DNA of 64,000 nt from Magallana gigas (lineage: Eukaryota), in assembly GCF_963853765.1 (NCBI RefSeq), contig NC_088858.1:47802001-47866000 (forward strand), written 5' to 3'. The notes below the pieces were generated by a model. It did no database searches. It saw only the letters and a list, made by a program, of their open reading frames with translations, and was not told the DNA's origin. Of the stretch, positions 51,001-61,913 are shown one piece after another. The position numbers and the translations under genes were made by a program. Position 1 is the first letter of the stretch; the number at the start of each line of letters is the position of its first letter.

Positions 51001-54000
51001 AGATCATACTTTACAGCCTGACGATGACTTGTTGAAGTATTTTAATCTTATGATAAACGAAGATTTCTTTGAAACCGCGGCTCAGGAGACGAACAGATAT
51101 GCAGAACAGGAAATGACTCGCAAAGGTTCCCGCGATTCGATTTGGTACCCCACAACTAGCCCAGAAATGAAAGCTTTCTTTGGACTGAATATCATCATGG
51201 GAATAAATCAGTTACCTCGCATCGATATGTACTGGTCGGAAAACCCATTTGTTGGTAAGTAAAATATATTATTTGTATTGCATATATTGCAAGAAATTCA
51301 CTAAAGCTAAGCCGCTTGTACGATATAAAATACACCAAATTATATTGAAAAAAATAGAATAACAAAAACCACAAAAACAACCTGCCACACAGAAAGAGTA
51401 ATTTAAATAATATACCCCCTAAGAATTAATATTTTTGGTTTTCATTCTCCCAGGAAATGAAGGTTTCAAGAAATGCATGACAAGGACAAGGTTTGAAAAA
51501 TTGCTGCAGTATCTGCACATAAATGACAACCAGGCTCAAGCACCTGCTGGATCACCGAATTATGACAGGTATCATACATGGTTTTGCTTTGGTTTATACA
51601 AAACTAATTTCTTTTTGTGAGGGAACTTGATATATTTTTGTTTGCTATTATTATTTTTTTGTAAAGATTGTAAAGACGCATTTGTAAAAAAAAAATTAGC
51701 AAACAGAAAAGCATGTGCTAAAATATTCACATTGAACAAATACTTTTTTATCTGATTCATTTCCTTTGGTAATAAAACTTGGTCCCTCATGTGAGTGATT
51801 CTAACCGAAACGTGGATTGCACAGGGAGAAAAGTAAAAAAAAAAACCCAGATGAAATGTAAACTGGATCATTTTATCTTCAAGTTGTTTGAAAGTAATAT
51901 AAATTGTATTTGATTTTGATTTTCATAGCTTACTTCTATTCACATACCATTTTACTTAGAAAATAACATGAACAACCAGATGTAAATGACATGTCCTAAG
52001 TCACAATCAGTGGTTCAGTATTAGTAGAGTCTTGGCATGTCAAGTTTTTGGATCATGGTTTAGAGTTTTGACTGAAACCGAAATATCAAAAGTAGAATAC
52101 AAAACTACTAACTCAGTGAACAAGTATATTACATGTATACACGGATGCAGAAATTCTGTTTGCCAGGGAAGGGGTGGGTGGGTTCCAAGATCTATTTTTA
52201 GTTACGGTACTTTACTATGTGAACTATATAACTTTGAATTTTTCAAAGGGGGTGTGGGCTTGCAGTTGAAATCCTCCACCACCCCCCTCCCCAAATACAT
52301 TTTAGAATACATGTTTTATTACATTTCAGACTTCATAAAATCAGACCACTTATCGACATGACAAGAGGAAATTTCCAGAAGTTTTACAAACCAGGGAAGT
52401 GTCAGAGTATAGATGAAGGAATGATAAGGTACATGTCATGGCATTTCATCCTTGCTCTTGTTCTATCCGCTTTCTAAACGCAACTTGTTAGCATAATGCT
52501 AGTGAGAGCTGCTTGGGTCCTGGCCTTGATTTCCAGTCAAGCCATATATTTTCATTATATTTATATGTTCATTCTTCCTTTCCTACTACATTACTTTATC
52601 CAGTATGCATAGATTTGCCTATATTATGATTCAATTCTCATATTCTTACAGGTACAAGGGACACCATTATGCACAGCAGTACACGCCAGGAAAACCAATA
52701 AAGCGCGGTCTAAAGGTATTTCAATATTCATAACTTTTGTAATCTTCATATCTTTTTTTCAAAACCTTGGATTCCCTAAGTGATCATTATCTTTTAAAAA
52801 AATATTTTAAAAGTTTTATTTTTAAAAAACCCCAGTAAGTTTACTGACACTTTTTATGTGAAATTGAAAAAATATTGAAACGTTAAATATCATAAATGTC
52901 ATGACATGGAAACTTTATTTTCATGTAGATATGGATGAGATGTGAACAAAGTGGCTACACCAATGATTACAGAGTGTATCTTGGTAAACATGATTCAATG
53001 TGTGGCCCATCACTAGGGGAACGAGTCGTCAAACATTTATGCAAGCCACTGAAGTGGAAAGGTCATCATGTGTTCTTCGATAGGTAAATTATTGTCAGAA
53101 TGTCTGTCTGTTTACATGCAAGTTAAAATGACTTTTTATGAACAAAGGTTATAAGAATTTCAGAGTTTATGCACCATAAATTTGCTGTGACACAGAATAG
53201 GTTTTATCAGTTGTGTGTTTTATCTAATTTTTATTTTTGGGGGAGGGGGGGGGGGGGCTTCTTTTTCTAGAGATGCATGAAACGCTTGAATGCTACTTCA
53301 TTTATTTGCAGGAAATGTGACACATTTATGTTCTTGTGAAATAGAAAACTTTTGTATACTTCTACTATATCTCTACTAGTATGTCTCTGCTATATTGACA
53401 AATATGTAAACCAATGGCAACAGTTTTGAATTACAATCATGACCCTATTCATACTACTCAATTTTTAGGGGATTATTTACATATGTTTACATTCTATCCT
53501 GTCATAGTTGCTCGAGACTGAAATGGGAATGGGTAAAATATTGTCTCTGATTATTAAATTAAGTTTGATGTCTCATTTTGAAATGACTAAATTTATAAAA
53601 GGAACATACAATTACGTGTCTCGTGCATGCAGTCATATTTTTAACGACTTTATAAAAATCAGAATCAGTCCATCAGTCATATGACTTTTTCTTAATCTTA
53701 TTTTATAAAAATTTTGAAATTAAGGTGGTATGGGACACTTCCATGTTGTGACGTATTGTTTATCGAAATAAACAATAAAACCAAGTGTAATTATATAAGT
53801 AGCTAGTTTCTTTCCCAATATTGTCACCTAACAGCTTACTGTAGTGAGTTAGAGGGATTGCTACGAATATGAAAGTCATGAGATCGAATCCGGCTGGGGA
53901 TTTTACAATTTTTACCTCTCAGATAGAATATTTTTAAAAGCTATTTTTTGGTTGAATATTGTAAAATTTGAAAATTTTAAACCGTTGAAAGTATGTCAAT

Positions 54001-57000
54001 TATAATTTATTTTAATCCACATTAATATTGACAGATGTCCCATACCACCTTTAGTTCATTTTATTGTTGGTTTTCTTTTTCTTCAGATATTTCACTTCTA
54101 TTCCTCTTCTCCAAACTCTTGAATCCTACGGTGTATATGGTTGCGGGACTATAATGGCAAACAGGAAAGGGTTTCCCTCACAACTGAAGAACCCACACCT
54201 TCCTGAGAGAGGAGATGCTGAACAGATGCAACATAATAACCTTGTTGCCACCGTATGGAATGATGCTAAACCTGTACGTAGTTTTTATGTGGTAAAATAG
54301 GTGTTGTATTTGTAAAAGTCTAGGTTCAGTGCCTATCTCTTTTACGTGAAAAAAAACAATGGATATTTGTGAGAGTAAACATGTTTTCAAATGATTCAAA
54401 AGACAGGGTTATTTAATTTTTCATATAAATTTAATCTCAGGTTCACATTGCATCTACAACGTCTGACCCTCTCGGAGATGGCCCAGCTCAAAGAAGGGTT
54501 CGGGGTGGTGGTGTTATCATCATTCAGCGCCCGCCTGCAGTTGAGCACTACCAGCAGCACTACTATGGTGTAGACAGAACACAGCAATACAGATCCAAGT
54601 GTCCAGTTGGCCGTCCATCCAAAAAGTTTTGGAAGTATCTGGTCAACTATATTTTTGAAATTTCTCTGATCAACACATTCCTTCTTTGGTTTGAAACCCC
54701 AGGAACAAGAAAACCAACAAAACATTTCTCTATGGTTGACTGCAACTTGTCTATCGCAGAGAAACTTAATGGTGATTTCTCTAGCAGAAAGCGGGCACCT
54801 TCATGTGGAAGGGGAGTTGCAGGTATAAGTGTTGCTAACATCAACCGGCACACCAGCACAAAGTTGACAAGACCGCGAGGAAGATGCAAACAGTGCAAGA
54901 AGAATGGCAGAAGAAGTGACACATTTTTATGGCGTCGAGCGAAGCTCGAAAGCCATCTAGGGATCGTACGTCCGGAAGTTACATTTTTAGGAGCCAAACA
55001 ACTCAAATGAGTGCAAAGTTTTCGTATGTGTTTCAAGAAAAATAGATGACATACTTCAATTTCGAGCAGAACTGTACGTCAACAAAACAAGTTTGCAGAT
55101 TCGAAATGGTTGCCGTCTTTAAAAATGTTCACATTTTATTGAAAACAATATGTCTCGGTTTCAGCGGATGAATACACTAGCACCGAGACACATGCGATAG
55201 CTGGGCTTACATACTCAATTTGGTTATGAAATGTACTAGCCTGCAAAATAGATGATTTTGTATCCGTATCGAAAATTGACAATGCACAAATGTTTGATCT
55301 TGTAGAAACAAAACTTCCTAATCGAGCGATAAGTACATCTACATAAACCAACTAGTGAACTACTTTCACTTTGTAAACAACGTGAATGGGTGCTTTCTTT
55401 TATCTACCCCCGATCTTTTCGGCCCGTGTCATTTGGATCCTTGTGAATTTTAGATGAAATTGATAATAAGAGACAGAGTGGTTATCAGCAGTATACAATA
55501 TATAGAATTAAACACAATAATAATTTAAATATTTATTTCCATATAAATAGAGAAAAAAAATCTAAAAAATTTTTAACTCCTAAGATAAGACTATAAACTT
55601 AAATTTTCAATTGAAATTCAAAACTTTTTAAGAATTAGGTGAGCAAATTTGTAATGAATTGTAATTTTATTAGTTATGTGATAAATAACATTTTCTATTT
55701 TTTTTGAAAAAATTATTTTTTGATAATTTATGGAAAACAAAATACCAGCTTTTGAACTTGGTCATTTTTTGGCAAAATATTGCATATAGGGTACCATCAT
55801 TGTATGGATAAGTCCTCCTACAGTTTTCAAAATAGGAAGTTGTTCTTTTGCAGATCAATTAAACATATATCAGAGGTATGCATATTGCTAGGATTTTGAT
55901 TTTCGATAATTTATGAAAATAATACCAGCTTTTGAACTTGGTCATTTTTTGGCAAAATATTGCATATAGGGTACCCTCATTGTACGGATAAGTCCTCCTA
56001 CAGTTTTCAAAATAGGAAGTTGTTCTTTTGCAGATCAGTTATACATATATCAGAGGTATGCATATTGCTAGGATTTTGATTTTCGATAATTTATGAAAAA
56101 AATACCAGCTTTTGAACTTTGTCATTTTTTGGCAAAATATTGCATATAGGGTACCCTCATTGTACGGATAAGTCCTCCTACAGTTTTCAAAACAGGAAGT
56201 TGTTCTTTTGCAGATCAATTACACATATATCAGAGGTATGCATATTGCTAGGATTTTGATTTTCGATAATTTATGAAAATAATACCAGCTTTTGAACTTG
56301 GTCATTTTTTGGCAAAATATTGCATATAGGGTACCCTCATTGTACGGATAAGTCCTCCTACAGTTTTCAAAATAGGAAGTTGTTCTTTTGCAGATCAGTT
56401 ATACATATATCAGAGGTATGCATATTGCTAGGATTTTGATTTTCGATAATTTATGAAAAAAATACCAGCTTTTGAACTTTGTCATTTTTTGGCAAAATAT
56501 TGCATATAGGGTACCCTCATTGTACGGATAAGTCCTCCTACAGTTTTCAAAACAGGAAGTTGTTCTTTTGCAGATCAATTACACATATATCAGAGGTATG
56601 CATATTGTTAGGATTTTGATTTTCGATAATTTATGAAAAAAATACCAGCTTTTGAACTTAGTCATTTTTGGCAAAATATTGCATATAGGGTACCCTCATT
56701 GTACGGATAACTCCTCCTACAGTTCTCAAGATAGGAAATTTTTCTTTTGCAGATCAGTTATACATATATCAGAGGTGTGCTTATTGCTAGGAGTTTGGTT
56801 ACTGATAATTTATGAAAAAAAATTGCTTGTATTTTGGTTACTGATAATTTATGAAAAAAATACCAGCTTTTGAAGTTAGTCAATTTTTAGCAAAATATTG
56901 CATATAGGGTTACTTCATTGTACGGATAACTATTCCTACAGTTTTATAGATAAAAAGTTGTTCTTTTGCAGATTAATTGTACATGTATCAGAGGTGTGAA

Positions 57001-60000
57001 TATTTTTAGGATTTTTATTTCTGATTATTTATGAAAAAAATACCAGCTTTTGAACTTAGTCTTTTTTTAGCAAAATATTACATATGAGGTACTTTATTTC
57101 ACTGGATATGGGTTGACATGGATTATGGATACAGTTCACATATAAAAAGAAAACCCAGTTAGCTGTCTCATTGACAGCTTTTCACTTGTTTAAAAAATTA
57201 TTTAGGTTTTTACTCTTCAAATTAACTTTAACTCGACGCCATTGTGGCCCTTCAGGCCTTTGATTTGGTTGTAGCATTTGTAATGTACATCTGTGTAGAG
57301 GAGCTTGTTTTCAGGCCTATCACACTTATCATCACTTGCTTATGGAATAGGTTTATATATCATGTAATGTCTGTTTATAATTGCATGTTTTGTTCAAATA
57401 ATATGTGTCTACTTTATTTGGTGGCTCCAAGCACTTATCTAATCCACTCAAATGGTTTGCATTTTTTCAAAGGTGATTTTGTTTTGTACCATGTATTTTT
57501 AAAACCTAAATCTAAAAAATAATCTAAATATGTTATTGAAAAGAAATAAACTATTCATCACTGTGTGTTGGTAACTGTTGCCATGACAACCATTTTTAAT
57601 TTATGTACATGTATTTAATATTTCTATTGTATACTAAAGCTGAATTCTTTATTCATTGATTTTCTTGAAAAATTGATAAAGCTTCTTGGTTTCTTTCCAT
57701 ATGAATTTTGTTGTATTCATAATGAAATAATTTTATTGATAAGCTTGTGGTCTTGTTGCTATGGTAACTATTGTTTCTGCGTTTTCAAGGATGTATTATT
57801 AGAAAAAAAATATAGCGTCGGTAACATTATAAACCACTTTGTAGACTGTTATTGCCTTTTTTGGGTCACTAAAGACACACTTTGAAACTTTATTACAATT
57901 GTTTGTTGTTACTTTTTTTTGATCAGAAAATGCCAAATGTTGCGCAAAGCAACATCAAAAAAGTTGTTTCAAATTGTTTTGATTAGAACTCCAGCTGTTC
58001 AATAATACTTTACAATGTATTTTTATGTAGAATATTCTGTATATTACTTTATCGTTCAATATGGTATCAAAATATTCCACTATTCAATGAAAAATTTATG
58101 AAAAAATATTATTTTATGATTTAAGCCCAAAACGTTGCCATGGCAACCGCATATTTGACTTTTTTTAATCAAATTTAAAATCTGCAAAAAACTGTGTTTC
58201 ATTCCATATAAGGTTGTTTGAGTAAAAAAATAACCAGTATTAAGTTAAATTCAATTTGTTATTATATAACTTGAGTTTGGTAAATTGTGAAAAGTTCTGG
58301 GGGTTAAAGGGTTAAAGACTATTTGGCCAGAAAAGCCTAAACTTGTGTAGAGGCATCCTCGGATAGTGTAAATTCAAGTTTGCAAAATCACAGTCCCTAG
58401 TGATAGGGCTGGGCCGTGACGGCAGTTTGAATTTTTACATAGGAATATATAGAGAAAAATCTTTAAAAATATTCTGGGAAAGTTTTCGGTCCAAAACTCA
58501 GTACTTAGTGTGAAAGCACAGGTTATGCAGATTTAAGTTTGATGAAACCATGATTCCCTAGAGAAAAGGGGGGCCACCAAATGGAGGGGGGGGGGGGTAA
58601 ATTGGAATAGAGAAAAATCTTCTTACAGGTACAACAACAAAAGGGGCTTGGTATTTACCCAAAAAAAGAGGTGGATAAAAATTGACAGATTTTCTATTTT
58701 TTTTAGCAAGATCTACTGTACTTAGTTGTCAAGATATTTTGATACTGTAATGCTAATTTGATCAGAATTAAGGCAATTGTTGATCAGGTGAGCGATGTGG
58801 CCCCTGGGCCTCTTGTTTAAACATGTTTTCTAACTTGGCCTCCCCTTCAAACACTTTTTCATGCAACAATTTTTTTTTTAATTTACATAAGGAATTAAAT
58901 TAATATGGAGTCCCCCTTCCTCCCCCTTTTTTGAGCAAGAATACGCACCCCTTCCCCCACCACGGATTATGATTTTTGTTATTTGCCTTTTTTCTATTTG
59001 CTTGTCAAGATATTTTGCCTTTCAAAAGTATTCACAGCGATAAAATCCAAAATTTTATCTGAAAACAGTATATACATTTATTCATAATCTTATTGATAAA
59101 TCGTTCAGTGAAAAAATTCTCCTGTACTATGTCTTCAAAGGAATTGAAAAGAAGAATATATAATCAAAGAAAATATGCAACATAGAAACATTCTGCTTGC
59201 ATCGCCGCATGAAAACACTATTGAATTAATTATAGCAGTCCTTTCTCACCAACAATTTTACATTCCAATTCCATCCGTTCAAGAGGGGTTAATAAGCACC
59301 GCCTAAATAAAAAAAAAAACCCACCCTTACTTACTTTCCACCTAATATATGCAACTGTGAAAATTAAAATCCACATAAAGAACCTTCACTATAAAAATAA
59401 TCTAGTAAAAGAATTACATTTTCCAACCATAAAAAAATCTGATGACGATTAATTTGTATAATTCACGTTCTCGTTGCAGACGATTAATCCTCCTACCAAA
59501 GAAAGGCCAACTTAGAGGACAGTTCAGTTACAACAACTTGATGTACGGCTTGGCCGGAATGGCAGCAGAAGCTATAGGAGGGAAGCCTTACTTCGAGTTA
59601 ATGAGGGAGAAACTGTTAGAGCCATTGAACATCACGACTGCCGTTCTGGTAGATAATCTGGATTACAGTCAGCCGCTGACCAGTAAACCCCATCAGATGA
59701 TCAAGGGGTCGGTTAAACGAAGCGACCCCCGATTCTATAGGTATGTCAACTCATACCAACGTTACGTATTTTTTACAAACATGCGGGGGAGGGGTTTAAT
59801 GTTCGGGCTTTTCCATTTTAAGATTATATTTTAAAATTAATACTTCCATTCTATAAGTGAGGATAAATACATAACACATTTTCATAATCCAAATGTGGTA
59901 AAAGAATCTTTTTACAATTATTTTGTTATGAATTTTGTCAACTAAAAAATGTCTAGCAAGGATTGATTTACTCATGTTCAAGATTAGGACCATTTTCGCC

Positions 60001-61867
60001 CGCTGGAGGCCTATGTCTTTCCCCGACAGATCTGACAAAATGGTTATATTTTGTGAATACTCTTGGTACGACACCCTCTAAGAAGAGGTTAGTAAGCAGC
60101 TTCGATTTCATGGAAATGACCTCTTCTAAAGTGGCTCTGGATTTCCTGACCCAGCTGGGTTTTAGTCTGTTTGATCCCTATCCCCAGCCTTCCTACACCG
60201 CTTGGTACGGGATGGGCTGGTTCGGCAGATTCTATAGAGGTCAGTATAGGCTATTCAAAGTTTATTCAATAACGTTAATGTTCATTTCTCTTGTAAAAAT
60301 ATATCGTCTTGACCTTTTGAAAGTAAAATGTGGCTATGGATGGTACCGTTTTATGAAGCCAATATTGTGTAAAGCGTAAATAGGAAATTATTAGCAATGA
60401 ATAACAATTTAAAAATACAAAAAATAATTTATTTCATTTGAAGTACTTTAATTAGAATAAAATTATTTTTCATGTTGAAACGGTAGCTTGAACGTTTTGA
60501 GCGGCAGTAAGTTTCAAATTGTAGAACCATTTTAACAAGAATTTTAACAGTAGAACGTAACGTCTTGCGTCAAAACATGTTAAAAATGACGCTGGTTTCA
60601 AGCGAAATATACACCGATTGCGTAGCCAGGCAAATCTTTCAAAGAGCAATGGCCGAGTGAATGAAATAGACAGGCCTACGTCACATTGCTGTCTGACACC
60701 AATACCCAAAGTCCAAGCTCCTGTTAAATTACATGTAGTTCTATTTAAACGTGCGTTAAGACTTTGCACGGAAAAGTTTATCTTTTATACAGTTTATTGT
60801 CGATTGGTTCTTGAGCAGGTATGACAAGCTGCTTGTCAGATTTTAAACTTCAGAAGTTTTATAGAAAGAGTGTTCGTGTTACGTTGAAGTTTGCATTGAA
60901 ATGATTTTATTGCACTAACACTAAATGCAAAAATAATTTAGCGTTTCGTTATTTGATGTTTATAACTAATTGGAAAAGCAATTTAAAAAGACATGCATAT
61001 ATACACTCACAGCTAATATTACAGCAGGGACGTATATACTAAAACATATATACTATATACGTCCCTGTATTACAGAGAACCAATGAAGTATTAGCATTTA
61101 GATCAGTGCGTCATCATTATCAACAATATTTGGGATTACAGAGCTGAGTTTGTCACATATTTTCAGGTAGTGTCGACTTCTTCCACGGCGGATCCATGTT
61201 CTCCTACAATTCAGTGGTGGTCATGGACACGATCAAACAGACAGGAATTGCTGTGACGGTGAATGGCCTTAACCCTACCATCCTACAACTTGACCTTTAC
61301 CCCCTTGCATACTACCTCAAGGATCTCCTTCTAGACAAAACGCCTTGGCTTAATAAAACAACCATTTGCTCCTACCCAGAACCGTGGGGGAACCCCTTTT
61401 TTCGACCACCGCCAACACAAAATGTCGAAGAAAAATACGTTGGAGAAACAGGCGAGTTTGTTGGGGTGTTTGGCCATACCTTGTATGGGGAGGTGCTGGT
61501 CACAGACAACAACCAGTCTATTGATCTTAAATGGGGGGAAGTAATGAAAGGGACTCTGTACGACCGCACGAACCTGCTTAGTTTCCGTTTGAGAGTAGAT
61601 GATGATGTTTTTAGTGTGCTTGGCAATGAGATTGGAGACATTAAAGTTGTTTTTAATCAATTTTACTCAGGACAATATAACAACTTGGAAATCACATTTC
61701 AAGGCATGATGGAGAAATACAATTTCAGTAGAGATGTTGAATTTAATTTTTTTTTGCCATCTCAATCAACATCCTCATCCACAGCCCGACTGATTTCATT
61801 CACGACAGAGTTCTGTCCCTTTGTTTTAATAATGTCCATTGTTGTAAATCTTTTCAATAGGTTGTGA
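44527..61867 (+). CDS. Secreted, probably GPI-anchored serine beta-lactamase/PBP-like hydrolase (gigasin-6/'flp'-like family), 6 exons, ~577 aa; intron-1 acceptor defective
   Basis: Exons 44527-44677 (signal peptide, IPG), 45348-45528 (AKGYG, IGSAAKAFT = SxxK), 45622-45804 (TLEDILSHRSG), 59480-59740 (FSYNNLMY = YxN), 59983-60239 (SPAGG, YGMGW) and 61167-61867 (FHGGS = KTG-equivalent, DUF3471-like region, Ser/Thr spacer plus hydrophobic tail). Phase is continuous, but the acceptor before 45348 reads AT, not AG. Confidence 0.85.
47340..47422. mobile_element. Hairpin mini-element (36-bp arms) flanked by an 8-bp direct repeat
   Basis: Arms 47340-47375 and 47385-47420 (one mismatch). accgtagg occurs at 47332-47339 and 47423-47430. 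Confidence 0.7.
47920..50122. repeat. Satellite array, ~166-bp monomer, ~13 copies; resumes at 58316-58620 after the piggyBac
   Basis: Recurring aaaaatcttcttct..ggccagaaaagctc..gcatcctcaggtagtgtagattcaagtttgttcaaat..ggggccacaa, with period ~166-167. Confidence 0.95.
53724..54049. mobile_element. Kolobok-like non-autonomous element, copy 2, inside transposase intron 5
   Basis: ttaa|ggtggtatgggaca ... tgtcccataccacc|ttta; tRNA-like segment at ~53835-53898. Confidence 0.65.
54927..57265 (+). mobile_element. HINE-2: Helentron-type element with a 180-bp tandem array, inserted in a T-run of the transposase CRD
   Basis: Perfect 11-bp subterminal inverted repeats atggcgtcgag (54929-54939) / ctcgacgccat (57232-57242) and a 3' hairpin ggcc-cttca-ggcc (57246-57258). 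Both junctions fall in T-runs, and excision restores ACA TTT TTT GGT TGT. Confidence 0.88.
55741..57075. repeat. Tandem array, 180-bp monomer, ~7.5 copies
   Basis: aataccagcttttgaac starts at 55742, 55921, 56101, 56281, 56461 and 56641, with diverged copies near 56860 and 57040. Confidence 0.97.
57577..58147. promoter_or_regulatory. Three RFX X-box-like palindromes in the piggyBac 3' region
   Basis: gttgccatgacaac (57577-57590), gttgctatggtaac (57755-57768) and the perfect gttgccatggcaac (58134-58147). Function is not shown. Confidence 0.5.
61025..61067. mobile_element. Ultra-short hAT-like hairpin MITE (43 bp), copy 2
   Basis: 14-bp perfect TIRs (cagggacgtatata) and a perfect 8-bp TSD tattacag (61017-61024 / 61068-61075). 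Confidence 0.8.
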
Positions 61868-61913
61868 CATTTTAAATGTATCTGTCTCTCAGTGAGTAGC
61901 ACGACAATGAGAG

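Larger units (their letters stand above)
50771..57350 (+). pseudogene. Spliced piggyBac transposase (7 exons, ~558 aa when restored); C-terminal Cys-rich domain broken by HINE-2
   Basis: Exons 50771-51254, 51454-51568, 52330-52428, 52652-52715, 52929-53083, 54087-54273 and 54441-54926 plus 57264-57350; GT-AG with continuous phase. Motifs: acidic N-terminus, ETNRYA, EMKAFFGL..MG, KIRPL, SIDEGM (D1), KPIKRGLK, HVFFDRYFTS (D2), GT..NRK, WND.KPV, GVDR (D3), W..L..Y, and the CRD CKQC..TFFGCSICNVHLC..CFQAYH. Confidence 0.9.
50123..58311 (+). mobile_element. piggyBac transposon, 8189 bp, with intact TIRs and TTAA TSD
   Basis: TTAA (50119-50122) then ccctttaaccccca (50123-50136); tgggggttaaaggg (58298-58311) then TTAA (58312-58315). 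Removing the element rejoins a satellite monomer (tcttcttt-ttaa-agactatttggccagaaaag). Confidence 0.93.
47801..58818 (+). mobile_element. HINE-1: non-autonomous Helentron-type element with an internal ~166-bp satellite array (oyster Cg170-like), interrupted by piggyBac
   Basis: 5' ttagctcacctgag, then a (gtc/gtt)n microsatellite at ~47868-47910 and the tandem array. The 3' subterminal inverse tcaggtgagc (58784-58793), the hairpin ggccc-ct-gggcc (58799-58810) and the tcttgttt end complete the known HINE/DINE-1 architecture. Confidence 0.85.

Noticed and set aside
44527-61867. Bacterial antibiotic-resistance gene
   Set aside because: It has five spliceosomal introns and eukaryotic targeting signals. 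The fold is native to animals, and no beta-lactam activity can be inferred from sequence.
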